Origin: Eledone cirrhosa
Taxonomy: Eukaryota
NCBI GenBank assembly: GCA_964016885.1
Contig: OZ024740.1
Coordinates: forward strand, 161,820,001 to 161,884,000
Length of the DNA: 64,000 nt
Reading direction: 5' to 3'
The position numbers and the translations under genes are program-made. The stretch's first letter is position 1. Each line of letters begins with the position of its first letter. Shown here piece after piece: positions 25,201 through 39,534 of the stretch. The notes under the pieces were generated by a model. It did no database searches. It worked only from the letters and a program-made list of their open reading frames with translations, and was not told the origin of the DNA.

Positions 25201-25659
25201 TACAGACACGGGCGCCCGGGTAGGGACCCCTCGAAGAAGATCTGTCCAAGATGCGTGCGTGACGAGGAAACCGTCGCACACGCATTCGTACACTGCCCGG
25301 GCGTTGCTGACCTGTGGGGCTATGTAGAACGACTACTGTCGCGGGTGGGACCAATCCGGTTGACCACCGAGAACATTGTCACAATCAAACCGCCTCCCCC
25401 TTTCAAAGACGAAGGAGAGGCGGTTTTCCTCTGTGTGATAGCCATGGCGAAAGAAGTTGTATGGTGGACAAGGTTGAAAGGGCTGAAGTCAGACACCTTT
25501 CTCTTCGGCCAACAACTGGTCTTTTTTTTCAAGTACCACTTTAGAAGAAGGATCAGAATGGAGAGAGAGGTGCTCTACCTCAGCAAGTTTTATGAAAGAT
25601 GGGTGAAAGTAGCGAGAATGGCCCGAGTGAATGGGCCTTCTCTCTATATCAGCCTGTAG
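22217..25659 (+). pseudogene. Tx1 ORF2 (APE endonuclease, reverse transcriptase, C-terminal Cys/His motif), two frameshifts
   Basis: NARGL, GDWN, SYLDR, SDH; SPGLDG, FRPITL, AFDRVDH, RQGCPLS, YADD; CPRC..ETVAHAFVHC; shifts at the G-run ~22700 and ~25070. Confidence 0.93.
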
Positions 25660-26392
25660 GTGAGAGAGGAGAAGAATGAGAAGAGGAAGGAAGCACCCGC
25701 TCTTTGTGCTCCTGAAGAGGAGAATTTAATTTGTTATATGTTTTTTACACGTCTTTTTAAATGTATGTAAACTCCCCCCTTTGTATTTGTCCCAATCTTT
25801 GATGCCCTGGTGGCAAATAAATAGAAATATATATCAATTATCACTAAAATCTCCCCCTCTCTATATCTACTACACAGATCTCTCTTCAAATTCCTCTCGC
25901 TATATCAATAAACACTAATCTCTCCCTCTCTCTATATCTAATATAAAACACACTCTTCCAACCTTAGTCTCTATCAATTACCACCAAACTTTCCCCCTCT
26001 CTATATCTATATCTATCTCTCCCATCTATCTCTACATAACATATACATAAATTGTAGCGCATATAGAAATAAATGTGTGTTTTGGAAGTTTGGAGAGAAA
26101 AATATAATTATTGGGGTGGGGGCCATAAACCCCCAAATCCCCCGCCGCCCTCCTAGTTCTACCGCCCCTGGGTAGGTGTACAGAGCGAGTGAACAATGTA
26201 TCTTAGCCTGTATTAATTCGAAACCAGTATTTAACTTATACTTTACTTTATCGTCTCCACCTCTGGAACAATGAAAGTTGACTTCTGTGAGTTCTGAACT
26301 CAGAAGGTAAGCGGTCAGGATTCAATACCGCTCTGACTATTTTACCAATCCGTTATTTTTTTTTATGTTGAAAACTCATTATAGTTAAGTAG

Positions 26393-26578
26393 ATGGATTG
26401 GCAGTATCGGTAGAGGGTCGGACGCTATGCTTTGACGCATAGAGTTACGGCCCTTGCCATTCTGAGTTCGAATCCCGCCGAGGTTAACTTTGCCTTTCAT
26501 CCTTACGGGGTCGATAAAATAAAGTTCCAGTAATGCACTGGGTAATTGCTGGCCTTGTGCCAAAAAGTAGAAACAATT
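26393..26578 (+). mobile_element. SINE S1 with 17-bp TSD
   Basis: ATTATAGTTAAGTAGAT at 26378-26394 and 26576-26592. Confidence 0.9.
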
Positions 26579-27060
26579 ATAGTTAAGTAGATTCCCCCAT
26601 AAAACTAATGTTAATCATTTTATTGACTTCTTCAAGTCATCTCAGCTGGTATTTTATCCCGAAACAACAGTGCACCGAACTAGATGCGGTAAAGTATATT
26701 CTACTGTTTCAAGATTTGTATGGCTTAGCCAAAGAAAGAAGAACTCAGACTGTTGGAGGAAAGACGTGAAAGAAACCACAACTGCTGGATTCCTGCGGCA
26801 GAAAGTTCATCAAGAAAACGAGCTATCTTCATTGATCCGAAGGCTTAAAATAGAGGGGATTCTGCGAAAGAGACTTAAGGGTCTAGTTGTGATGTTAAAC
26901 CATAAATCCATTGTTAACAAAAGAGCTCAAAATATAATATCAGAAATAACATGAAAAACAAACTAGAGTATCCATATCTAGAATCGACCTTAAATCTATC
27001 AGTTCTAAATGTTGTGTTTCTCTCCAGTGGCGAGTTGGGATTTCTTTGTTATTCTTATAA

Positions 27061-27235
27061 ACCGCATTTCCCGGCGTCGAAGACGCTGATTTTTTCCTAA
27101 AATAAGTCTAAAAAATCTACCATGCGTCCTGGAGGCCGAAGGTTGTTTATTATTTTTTTTTTTATTTTATTTTTGGTTGTCAAATTTAAGGTGCGTCCTC
27201 GATGACGAAGCGTCTTCGACGCGGGGAAGTACGGT
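27061..27235. mobile_element. pogo/Tigger-like MITE
   Basis: ~26-bp TIRs ACCGCATTTCCCGGCGTCGAAGACGC / GCGTCTTCGACGCGGGGAAGTACGGT; superfamily inferred from terminal motif. Confidence 0.7.
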
Positions 27236-27842
27236 AGCCTGTTCAGTTTCATGATTAATCAGTAGATACAGAATAGCCAACAAGTCAGTCTTTCGTTTAA
27301 TAAACATATAGTGATAAGGACATGTTATTCCTGTAGGAAGATTAATAGTTGAGGAGGAAGCTTTTAACGATGCCCCCGGGCATATCTATATATGATTTAG
27401 GAAGAAATGGTACGGCATAAAATGGTTACCTTCTCATCGTATGTAATTCTTATTGTAAAGCATTTTCCATTAGCGAAATAAGCCTATTTATCCTTCAATA
27501 GCAGTCAGGCTGTTTTTGCATATTTCCTGAAATTATATTCGGTCTGTGTAAAATAAATAAATGTATGCGTGCGTGTACGTATCTAGTTTATATATATATA
27601 TTTATATATATATATATACGGGATAACAAATTATTGTTATAGGTAGTCCACTTAGATGTAGTCCAGTTAGAGTACTCCGAGTAGTGGATAGTATTACGCT
27701 TGGCTAAGTTTGACTCAACAAGACGTTTCCATAGTGATGCTGCGAGTACGCAGTGATTTCTATGTAGTTTACACTTGGAGTAATAATAAATCAAGAAAGA
27801 AGAGTGACACGGTTTGCTATACAATAAGGGCTTTAATCACAT

Positions 27843-27950
27843 TGCTGACAATTGTTTCTCTGAACTGGTAGGTCTAGAGATCGCTACCCGCCTGTTTCTG
27901 CGTCAATCGATCACCAATACATTGTTATAACCAGTCAATTCATAAGAGCA
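27843..27950 (-). ncRNA. Degenerate hammerhead motif (G5U) with large loop II
   Basis: TGCT-CTTATGA-ATTGACTGGT...ACCAGTTCAGA-GAAA-CAATTG-TC-AGCA. Confidence 0.55.
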
Positions 27951-28199
27951 TGCGAGAGTGAAGGGAATACACAGGCATATACATACATATATATATACAT
28001 ATATATATACATACATATATATAGAGAATTAATACATCTACCAACATATGCGTACAGATGTACACTAATACTAGTAAATATATAAGTTATGTCAAAGTAC
28101 CTCGGTGGTTCAATGCAGGGGGATGCAGAACAATTATATGAAAGACGTAAAATAAGGAAATTTTAAAAATTAAAAATTAACTTACTTACTAAAATTTTC

Positions 28200-28281
28200 A
28201 CTCCAACTAATTAGTTTCTGTAATGGGATAAATATAGTTACACAATGTAACTATCGAGAATTCATTACGTCATCAGGGAGT
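28200..28281 (-). ncRNA. Type I hammerhead ribozyme, intact, extended stem II
   Basis: ACTCC-CTGATGA-C GTAATG..ATAGTTACA TTG TGTAACTAT..CATTAC A-GAAA-CTAATTAG-TT-GGAGT. Confidence 0.82.
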
Positions 28282-28414
28282 CTATATATATATATATATG
28301 TATATGTATATATGTGTGTGTATATATATATATATATACGTATATATGTATATATGTATATATATATATATATATGTGTGTGTATATATATACGTATATA
28401 TGGATATGTGTGTG

Positions 28415-28452
<38 letters not shown>

Positions 28453-28599
28453 ATTAAAATTTAGATATATATATATAGATACCATTTTGTACAAACACAA
28501 AGCACATAATATTTAGGGAAAATACGTACTTCAAAGTGAAAAAGGTTCTTCTTTCCTTATAGCATCGTTTCATGATTGTAGGAACCATAACATCCATCT

Positions 28600-29175
28600 A
28601 AGCAATCGATGCTCTGGAAGATAATTTTGGTACAATCTGTATAGAAAGACGAATTGTCACAAATCGTAGTTTCACCGATGACATCGATGGGCTGAGTGGG
28701 ATTGAAGAGGAATTCGCCGAACTGGTGAAACGCCTGGGCGTAACATCTGCCAGATGATGACGAAGACCTCAAACCCAATAGAGAGAAGTATCACAGACAT
28801 GGGTAATGGACCTTCACCACTGAACTGCAAATGAAAATCTAAACAGTGGAAATGAAATATTATAGAAGTATCCTAGGAATCCCCCCACTCAAGGTACGTC
28901 ACTTTGAAGATCTGATGAACATGGTGAAGAGGACAAAGTTAAGGTGGTATGAGCATATGACAAGATCGAACAGACTCTTTAAGACGATTCTCCAAGGAGC
29001 AGTGCAAGGGTAGAGAAGGCAGCGGGTTGAAAACAGAGGTGCATGGACGGGGAAGAACTTTGCCTCAACCCCAGCACTCGCCGATGACTGCCAAAGATGG
29101 AGGCAGTTAGGGAGTCATTCGGCACTGTTGTGTCCCCCAAACTCCCGAAAAGGATTAGGAGACCATGATGATGTA
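28600..29175 (+). mobile_element. Decayed RTE-clade LINE 3' fragment
   Basis: FTDDIDGL near 28670; KLRWYEHMTRS and KTILQG near 28935-29000; (ATG)n tail. Confidence 0.7.
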
Positions 29176-29874
29176 TGTATGTATGTGTGTATGTATGTGT
29201 GTATGTATGTGTGCATGTATGTGTGTATGTATGTATATGTACGTGGGTCATTCATAAGTGTGTTAATTCCCAACTGAAAGAAAAAGATATTTCATACAAG
29301 GAAACACAATTTACTAACGTAATCATCCTTGGCTTAGTGCTAATGTTGTTCATGTAGGTTTCTTAGTGCGATTCCTGTCCTGTGGTGTATATCAGAATAT
29401 TTTTTTGCCTTGAAGAATTGAGAAACTGTATTTAATTTCGAATCTTATGGTAACCCGGTGAGTAAGTTGTTTGTTCAACCAATTTACCGTTCGAAGACTC
29501 GTATAGAAATATGATTTAAAGCTTAGAGTTTAAAAGTGTTCATATGGAGGCATGGCGAAATTCCATCTCTCCTGTGCAATAGACATACAGCCAGATAGAA
29601 TTAAGATCTTGGTAATTCCAGTCACACATAGTTGTTGATGTCTACCACATGCGTCGTACGCCTTTGCTTTCGAAATTGTAGTTCAATTTGATGTGGTTAT
29701 TTTTCCTGTTTTCCAAAAGACAAATATATTTTGCAAGGTACATTACATTGCCTAAAGAACGGAAGATCCGTACAATATATGGATGGATTTCAAAGAATCA
29801 GATATGAAACTTAAGTAGCAACTGAAATTCTCTGCGCGGTTCATTGTTCACCCAAGCACAGAATCTGTGTCTAT

Positions 29875-30020
<146 letters not shown>

Positions 30021-30547
30021 TGTGTGTGTGTGTAACATTTGGTTTAGTTGCCAAACATACTGAAAATATTCGACCTTTTAAAAGCTGTTTTAATGCTACT
30101 GTCAATTAATTATAACCAGCCAAGTTCCCCATACATGCAAATGAACATTCCATTTCTATTTGCTATATACAAATAAGTATCTCCAGAAAATGTTCATCAG
30201 ACAGAATCTATATAGACTCTACTCTATTTCCATGTCAATACCAGTTGAATGAATATCATTGATGAAAAATTAACGAATCTAGAAACAGCGATGTCTGTCT
30301 TTTTCGACCGTTATTGATAAATCTGTAATGCGTTGAAGTAGAAAAATATTTTTTTGTCGTCAGGAAAAATTACTTTTTCTTTGATAGATCGGCCCCCATA
30401 TGTTTATAGTATATAAATACATGGTATATGCTTTCATATACACCCCTATTATTAAACGCTGTATTGGTGCTATTGTCAAATATACATATGTATACACACA
30501 CACACACGCATATATAATATAATATATATATATATGTGTGTGTGTGT

Positions 30548-30885
30548 AGAAGGTGAGTAATATTGTAGAACAATAAAACTATGCATATATCAGATAAGTA
30601 GCACTCAACAGTTGGTAGAACTGGAGTATATAATAAAGAAGAAATTAAAAGATGTTTAAAAGAGTTCTATATATTTTATTATGCGCATTTCGAATACAAA
30701 ATCATCCTACATATGTAGACTTACCACTTTCCTGTAAACAAGTGCTATTATGCCTCATATCATGTTACCTTATTTTATCTGATGAAAACACAATTTTTGT
30801 CCCAGGATGATTTTGTATTCGAAATGCTCATAATAAAATATATGGAACTCTTTTAACCATCTTTTAATTTCTTCTTTATTATATA
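30548..30885. mobile_element. Family F fold-back with HHR at 30773-30838 (+)
   Basis: TTTTAT-CTGATGA-AAACAC..GTATTC-GAAA-TGCTCA-TA-ATAAAA; inverted arm ~30628-30708. Confidence 0.8.
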
Positions 30886-30891
30886 TATATA

Positions 30892-31575
30892 CTAGCATTA
30901 AAGCCCGGCGTTGCTCGGGGTCAGTAAGTTACCAAAGTTAGGTTGCACCACCCATTTTATGGCAGCACTCTTTTGTCTGCCAGGCACTCGGTGAATGAAT
31001 TGCAGACCTGGACTGCCGAAGCAGGAGCTTCGCCAGCAGTGACAATTGTAGTTTCGCCTATGGATATTATCTCTGTGCAAAGAAGTGTTGAAATTTATTG
31101 TTTCACAGTACTTGCGCAACACGCGCGTAGACGATGCCAACCGAAAAACAGAGCTGCGATGGAGTTGTTCTGCATGGTTGTCTAATGTATGTTTTCTAAA
31201 TTTAAGACAGTAGGGAGGGGTGTGATATGGGGGAGAATTAGCTACTGTTTCTAGCAGATTTAGTGACCTCATAGAGGACATGTTTTCTAAATTTAAGACA
31301 GTAGGGAGTGGTGTGATATGGGGAAGAGTTAGCTGCTATTTCTAGCAGGTTTAGTGACCTCATAGAGGATATTATTGTGTATAGTAAATGAACTGATACT
31401 TCTTTCTTCCACGTTCATTGATAGATGTTTTAAAAAAGATTTATCGCTATTTGTTTTTGTTGTTGACTAAATTTATCTGTTGCTTTTGAATAATTGTTGT
31501 TTCGTATGAAATGTAATAAGTTCTCTTTGACATTGAAGTAAATAAATGTTTGACCGTTCCACACTCAAAAACAAA

Positions 31576-31621
<46 letters not shown>

Positions 31622-31922
31622 GTTTGTAAGTTTAATCGTATATAAGAGAAAGTTGCAGCATGTATGTAGTTTTATCGAATTTTAAGGGGAGTAGAGAGAG
31701 GTAATCTGATTGTATTAGAGGGGTAAATCGTCATGTATTTAGTTTTATCGATTATTTCCGTAATTGTGGGTGAGTTTGAATGAAATAAATAGTCGTTGAC
31801 TTAAATTAGACTATTTACAGTCTATAGTCGAATCGGTTTGAAATTGTGCAAATGTATAAACATGGAACATGCACACACACACACACACACAACAACAACA
31901 ATCTGTCTTTTATAGATAATGA
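30892..31922 (-). mobile_element. Non-autonomous Helitron
   Basis: Minus strand: 5' A|TC, 3' hairpin CCCGAGC AAC GCCGGG 8 nt before CTAG|T, no TSD; internal 91-bp tandem duplication 31189-31370. Confidence 0.65.
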
Positions 31923-32529
31923 TATATATGTATATATATAGCTACGGCATAGCTACGGCTCTTTAAATGTCTATTTTAAACATACCATATTTCTTCTGAA
32001 ATACGAAATTACAATACATATCTGTATACAACTATACAACTATGCCTGAAGCTATATTATAATTATATATATATGTGTGTGGGTGTGTGTACACATATAC
32101 ATAATTATATATACATACATATATATATATATGTGTACACATATACATAAATATATATAAATACATATATATGTGTGTATGTGTGAGTGTGTTTATGTGT
32201 GTGTGTGTATGTGTGTGTGTGTGTGTGTAAAAATATATATACGCATATGTATGCATGACCCCGTAACTCCTGAGGGAGTCATAGGACGCCGTCTTGACAT
32301 ACGGCTTTTCTAGGAAAATTTTTATATAATGGGCGGAGCCCATTTCCTTTTCAGTTTTGATACATAGCTGATTTCTTTCAGAGAAAGATAGAGAGTGAGA
32401 GAATGGAGATGAGAAAGATATATATGGGGAAATCGACCACAGTACTATACCGGTACGACCCCTCTAACTTTTAAGAGATACCCCTTGACTAGTTACTCTC
32501 CAAGATGACTGAATACGCACGTGTGTTTT

Positions 32530-32646
<117 letters not shown>

Positions 32647-32732
32647 TACATATATATATGAATGTATGTATAGTATATTTGGCAATATACCGTATGTTTA
32701 ATTAAAAACATTTAGAAGACCTTACGCTATCA

Positions 32733-32806
32733 GTTTTAAAGTAGTGACTATGTCACTTACTTATTTTAGGTGAAAATAAGTAAGTGACATAGTCACTACT
32801 TTAAAA
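32733..32806. repeat. Hairpin, ~33-bp perfect arms, abutting the PLE RT fragment
   Basis: TTTTAAAGTAGTGACTATGTCACTTACTTATTT and its reverse complement. Confidence 0.85.
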
Positions 32807-33200
32807 GTTTCGTATGGGTGGTGTGGGAGGATGTGAAGTCGAGACAGGAGTAGGAGTCGGTGGGTTTAAAGAACGTGGGAGTAGAGAGGATGTGGTGAGC
32901 GTGGTCAATAGAGAGAGAGATGTCAAGAAACTGGACGGAAGAATCAGAGACAGTGGTGGTGAAGGTGAGATACAGTCGTCGATGTAACGACTGTATAGTT
33001 CAGGGGTAGGTCCAGAGTACTGGGAGAAGATCTAGGCCTCGACGTAACCAAATAACAAGTTGGCATAGTTCGGGTCCATTCTGGTTACAATGGCTTCCCC
33101 AGAGACCTGCTGGTAAAACTCTCCAGAAAGGAAACCCCATTGAAGGGGAGAACAACCTCAGCAAGATGGAAAAGAGTAGATGTGCTAGGGTAGCGGGTAA
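32807..33200 (-). pseudogene. Penelope-like reverse transcriptase fragment
   Basis: Manual translation: PSTSTLFHLAEVVL..GEFYQQVSGEAIVTRMDPNYANL..PTPELYSRYIDDCI..VQFLDISL..FFKPTDSYSCLDFTSSH; stop and frameshifts present. Confidence 0.85.
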
Positions 33201-33573
33201 AGTGTAGGTCCAAAAAGTGTATCATAAGCACTATCCCTCTTTCTCTGGGTAATTAATAAAATGAAAAATGTCAGACAGTCATTTTCCAATCTTATAATTG
33301 AAATCACCAGATAAAATGGTCGTATTTCCCCTGGGAATCGCTTAGAAAATAACTTTGTGGCAAGCACATGTACTAAGCAATCTTAGAATCTAATGGATGT
33401 AGTAGAAGCAATTACGCATGTAAAATACTGATTGCATGAGCGATTTTGCAGAAGCATGATCAAACGTTCACTGTTACCATATGGTAAATAATTCAGAGTT
33501 GACACCATTTTAATTTTGATTGTAAAACCAATGCATGTCTATTTTCGTACTCCGTTATTCAATCTCCATTAGC

Positions 33574-33709
33574 TGTCCAATATAAGAAAGACGAGTTTTA
33601 GAGAAAGCATTTGTATTGAAAGAATAACCACAGACTCATGTTTACCAGCAGGAATAGATCTTTGCACTGACCACGACCCTTTAATAGTGTACGTTTCTAT
33701 ACGCGCGCG

Positions 33710-33773
<64 letters not shown>

Positions 33774-33911
33774 CGCGCGCGCGCGTAGAAACGTACACTA
33801 TTAAAGGGTCGTGGTCAGTGCAAAGATCTATTCCTGCTGGTAAACATGAGTCTGTGGTTATTCTTTCAATACAAATGCTTTCTCTAAAACTCGTCTTTCT
33901 TATATTGGACA
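33574..33911. repeat. Palindrome centred on (TA)n with ~125-bp identical non-repeat arms
   Basis: 33574-33698 is the reverse complement of ~33786-33911; the centre is itself palindromic. Confidence 0.9.
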
Positions 33912-33934
33912 TGTGTGTGTGCATATATATATAT

Positions 33935-34091
<157 letters not shown>

Positions 34092-34105
34092 CTTCTATAC
34101 TTTTC

Positions 34106-34377
<272 letters not shown>

Positions 34378-34397
34378 ATATATATATACATATATAC

Positions 34398-34446
<49 letters not shown>

Positions 34447-34470
34447 CACATGTGTGTATATACAGAAATA

Positions 34471-34574
34471 ATTGTTTCTACTATTGGCACAAAGCCAGCA
34501 ATTGCTCAGGACATTACTGGTACTTTATTTTATCGACCCTATAAGGATGAAAGGCAAAGTTAACCTCGACGGGA
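34471..34574 (-). mobile_element. 5'-truncated SINE S1 with 20-bp TSD
   Basis: TGTGTATATACAGAAATAAT at 34453-34472 and 34575-34594. Confidence 0.88.
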
Positions 34575-34650
34575 TGTGTATATACAGAAATAATAAAATG
34601 ACATAGTACATGGAAGAAATATTAGTTTAACGCTTGAAATAGCAGGAAGA

Positions 34651-34692
34651 GAGCCTTAACGTTTCGGACACTAGTCCTTCATTAGAAGACTC
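34651..34692 (-). ncRNA. Minimal hammerhead motif, G5A; truncated sibling ~38270-38335
   Basis: GAGTCTT-CTAATGA-A GGAC TAGT GTCC-GAAA-CG-TT-AAGGCTC. Confidence 0.68.
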
Positions 34693-35060
34693 ATTGAGAA
34701 AGAGAAGATAAATAGAAATTTAAGAGTTATAGGAGAAAGGAACGGGTAAAAATTATGGAAAAAAAGGGGGAGAAAAAAAACACGTACGTAATCAATCAAC
34801 CATCGGAATGGCTGTTTAAAATACCATACCACTTAAAACATTCAACTATTAACTGAAGGACCACTCAATACGTATATGTAGAGTGTGGATTTTATTTTCT
34901 GGATAGAAAAGTGGCAGCGACCTTGAAATTTTAGTTAGCTCCTTTGCTTCATTGATTATATTTATTTATATATACTCTCTCTCTCTATATATATATATAT
35001 ATACTTCGTTTTTTTATTTGGTTTGCAAGATTTCTTATCTGAAAACGTGTGTTGAAACAG

Positions 35061-35429
35061 ATATTGTTATACTTTGGAAGGGTCATGCTGCCAATAAAAA
35101 CACACGCACCTGTTGATTTTCACTATAACTTATTATAAATTTCCGGTTGGTTGCTTGGTTGCTTCGATAACCGGATGTGTGTTGAATGTTGTGTGCTTAG
35201 TTTGCACACACAAAATCAAGATGGTGTAGGAAAGAAAAAAGGAGGGACACAAAATAAAAACCAAGTTACTGAGGAGTTCGCAGAATATGTGTCGAAAGAG
35301 CTTTGACAATATATAAACAACCATCCGGTTATCAAACCAACCAACCGGAAAATTATGATAAATTGAAGTGAACCCAAAAGGTGCGTGTGTTTTTATTGGC
35401 AGCATGACCCTCCCAAAGTATAACAATAT
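35061..35429. repeat. Diverged inverted repeat (35061-35177 / 35322-35429); related sequence ~44280-44390
   Basis: GGGTCATGCTGCCAATAAAAACACACGCACC and its reverse complement. Confidence 0.75.
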
Positions 35430-35449
35430 ATATATATGTGTGTGTGTGA

Positions 35450-35539
<90 letters not shown>

Positions 35540-35706
35540 GTGAGCGTGTGTGTGCGTGTGTGTGCGTGTGTGTGTGTGTAAAATTCAATGCCCCTTACTC
35601 GTCTAACCGTGTCCGTTCTATTTTTAACTTATATATTGTCATTTTTGCTATTAAGGATTTTGTTAGCACGACACAGTTCCATTTTCTACGTTTTACAGTT
35701 GTATAT

Positions 35707-35744
<38 letters not shown>

Positions 35745-36662
35745 TAAGTTTTGGCGATCAATCAAAGAAGTACAAGTACTGATAATGGATAGAATAGGTA
35801 CCAGTGATATTCTGGTAGTCGATATAATCAACAACTTTCTCTCTCTCAACACATAAAATGTGTGTCCTTCTCCCTATGATAGTAATCAAAATTAAGATGA
35901 ATTGATAAGAAAATATATCTCACTCAAATACTTCCACTATAATCTCTGCAGTCTCTTGAGTAGAGCTAGCGACGTCTGTCTTTATCTTTTGTCACTTTCA
36001 ATTGTGTGAAATTATTATGTAATCATTCTTGACACCAACAAAATTTTGGAAATTGGAGTCTGTAAGCAAGGGGCGGGGAGCTTCATTACAAACTCTGAAA
36101 CTCCAAACACTTTTTTTTATTTTAAAAAAAAATTAACAGTAAAATTCAATAAATAGAAAATAAAGAAAAGCTAAAGTAACGAACAAATTTGAAAAGTAAA
36201 ATTGGCAAAAATAGTAAAACCAACCAAAAAACGCCCGAATGGAAGTGGAGGAGAAAAAACACACTTCTAGAAAATTTACAAAGATAAAAATGTTAAAGTA
36301 TTTTGGGGATTTTTATTTTTATTTTGTTGCTTTTTTTTGTTTTGTTTTTTTGTTTTTTTTTTATTTAATCCTCCCTCCCAGACACAAACATTCACCATCT
36401 TCTTCTAAACGTTTTTATGCTTTCTTCTTATCTTTTACTATATCTCGTCTCCTCCCACGAGTTGGTTTTCTAACGCACTGTTTCCTTTTCAACCATCACC
36501 TCGTTTACGCTATCTTACATTCCTGATCTCCACACTGTTCTTAATTTTTGACATGGAGTGAAAACACCACAACCTCAGATAAATAAGTGAATATATACAC
36601 ACACACACATATATATATGTATATAGGTACACACACACACACATATATATATGTATATAGGT

Positions 36663-36696
<34 letters not shown>

Positions 36697-36886
36697 GTAT
36701 ATAGGTACACACACACACATATATATATGTATACAGGTACTCACACACACACACACATATATATATATATGTATATAGGTATATAGGTACACACACACAC
36801 ACATATATATATATGTATATAGGTATATATACACACACACACACACACTTATATGTATATATATATATATATATGTGTACACACAC

Positions 36887-36982
<96 letters not shown>

Positions 36983-37684
36983 AGATTCGGCGAGAATCGC
37001 ATTTCGGCGGGTAGAAAAGGCGAAAGGAAACGCAAAAATCAGATATGATACTGGCAAGCGCTCGATAGTTAAAGAACTAGAGCTAAACAATTTAAAAAAA
37101 AAAGGTATATGTACATACATACATACATATATATATATAAATATATATATGTATGTATGTACATATATCTTTTTTTTAATTTCAACCTATTTATGAGTTT
37201 GGGCAAACATGGTTTCTGTGTGTTTATGTGTATATGCGCGAGTGGGAGTGGTGTTTGTATACATGCGTCTGTATAATATATATATGTATGTGTGTTTGTG
37301 TATATATGAATGTGCGCGCGCATGTGCATACACTTTGCTGAAGAGCTCCAACAAGATCGAAATGTGTTTGTTAGTTTCTACATGTTTATTTATAAACGAA
37401 GCTCATTCGCGCTATGTAGTTTGAAATTACATTTAAAACTCGGGTTATATGGGTTCTCTCCCTTCCTTTATATCGTCTGAATCGTCAAAGAAGTTTCTGT
37501 TTTGAAATAGAGAGTATAGACATTTTATCCCATGCTCCTCGCCATATTCAGAACGCGAGTCTAATTGTATATATACTTCACGCAGAGCGCTTCCTTCAGG
37601 CCTTTTCACCGATACCCTTTGTAGAAACATACATACATACATACATACATACATACATACATACATACATACATACATACATAC

Positions 37685-37735
<51 letters not shown>

Positions 37736-38894
37736 ACGCGACTAGTTAGGATATTACAAGTACAATCCATTAATGGAACAGTACAAATATGTAAAACATT
37801 CCAAAAATTCTGCATCTAATAACTGCATTTACACTTGTACAAATACGAAGCATATGCACATACACATCCACACATACAATAACATCCATACCTGCACACG
37901 CATGCATGCAGACATGCAAACATATCTACCTAGTTGATGTGTAAATTCCAGTGAGAGAGTCTTGTATCTTTGTTAGAAAACGGCTCTCTCTCTCTCTATT
38001 GGTAAAAATTTGTGAAATTATAAAACCAGAAGAACATATATACATACATACATCATATATAGACATGTGTGTGTGTTTGTGTGTGCGTGTGTGTGTTTGT
38101 GTGTATGTGTGTGCGCGCGCAGGATATTCGTGGATAAAAGGTCAAGGAAAACATACTCATTCTATTGTTAGAGATCTTACTAAGTGAAAATCATTGAAAT
38201 TTTAATTATACTATATATGTGTGTGTGTGTAACAGTAATAACAAAAATAAAACAAATGGCACAGTACGTCGAAGAAATATATTAATTTAACGCTTGAAAT
38301 AGCAGGAAGAGAGTCTTAACGTTTCGGGCACTAGAATTAGTAAATGAATATAAAGTAAAGAGTGATGACAGGAAGAAACGGGGAAATGAGAAAAAAATTG
38401 GAGAGAAAATAAATCACACGTGCGTATTCAATCAGCCATCTTGGGGTGATGATGATGCACTCTCCCATCGAGAATAATGTGTGAGCCTCCAGTTATTCAA
38501 TCAACTGAACCACCTACTCATTGAATTAGTGAGTAAGTAGCTGAATATTACATAAATATGTGCACCACCCTGAATGTAATTCACGAGCTCAATCAGCTCG
38601 ACATTAATCTGTGACAAGACTATAAATTAGCATTATATGTACAATGCACCTGTTGGACTTCGACAAAATTATATTCTACTCAATTTCACTCACTCAAGAC
38701 ATTTACGCAAGATAGTAGATATCATTCTATTAATATCTACACACCTTTCAATGTTAATGTAACCAGGTAACACTAAAATATCGCCAGGACATTCAATATA
38801 AGATCTGGAGAATGCAAGTCCAAAAGAAAATCAGAAAGCTATGTTCAATAAAGTATAGATATAAAAAAAGATATTTTATTCATCTTATATATAA

Positions 38895-38992
38895 ATGTTT
38901 CTACTTTTGGCACAAGGCCAGCAATTACTCAATGCATTACTGGTAATTTATTTTATCGACCCCGTAAGGATGAAAAGCAAAGTTAACCTCGA
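38895..38992 (-). mobile_element. 5'-truncated SINE S1 with 14-bp TSD; another fragment at 39095-39190
   Basis: CATCTTATATATAA at 38881 and 38993. Confidence 0.85.
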
Positions 38993-39534
38993 CATCTTAT
39001 ATATAATATGTGTGTATTACGGTTGATTTAAGAAGCATTGAGAAAATTTGAAATTTGAAATGGGTCCCTCCCAATGCAAATTATTATAATAATAATTGCT
39101 TTTACTTTTGGCACAAGGCTAGCAATTATTCTAGTGCATTACTGCTACTTTATTTTATCGAGCCCGTAAGGATGAAAGGCAAAGTTAACATGGTAGCGCG
39201 GAAGATGGATGTTAAACGATGATGATGATGATGATGATATATATATATGTATGTATATATATATGTGAGTATATATATTATTTTTATATTCTTTTAATTT
39301 CCCCTCATCTTTAACAGCACTCTTCAACTACATCTAACTCTTATTTATCATATCTATATGCATTAGTATAATTTTATCAATATAAATATACCCATCAATT
39401 AAATTAATTTATATTATTTTCATAGATGTATTTTTTTCACTAACACTTTATTGTAAAATTTTAGTCTCCTTAGATATTTGCATTGGCATTACTATTTTAT
39501 AACAACAACTGCTCGTATACTTTTTACTGACCTG

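Larger units (their letters stand above)
20204..25829 (+). mobile_element. Near full-length Tx1-type (L1 group) non-LTR retrotransposon
   Basis: ORF1 with CCHC knuckle, ORF2 with APE endonuclease and RT, 3' AATAAA; 16-bp TSD TATATCAATTA(C/T)CACT at 20188-20203 and 25830-25845. Confidence 0.92.
19660..26170 (+). mobile_element. DNA-transposon-like element with internal ~71-bp minisatellite, split by the Tx1 LINE
   Basis: CTCTATATCAATT..CAAACTCTCCCC units at ~19660-20203 and 25830-26030; ends ACCGCCCCTG at 26161-26170; left boundary uncertain. Confidence 0.6.

Noticed and set aside
20372-25544. Antisense and alternate-frame ORFs over the Tx1 element
   Set aside because: Shadow ORFs of GC-rich or low-complexity coding sequence with no independent motifs
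37445-37678. Possible exon in unique-looking sequence
   Set aside because: ORF starts in a microsatellite; no recognisable protein motif or convincing splice pair
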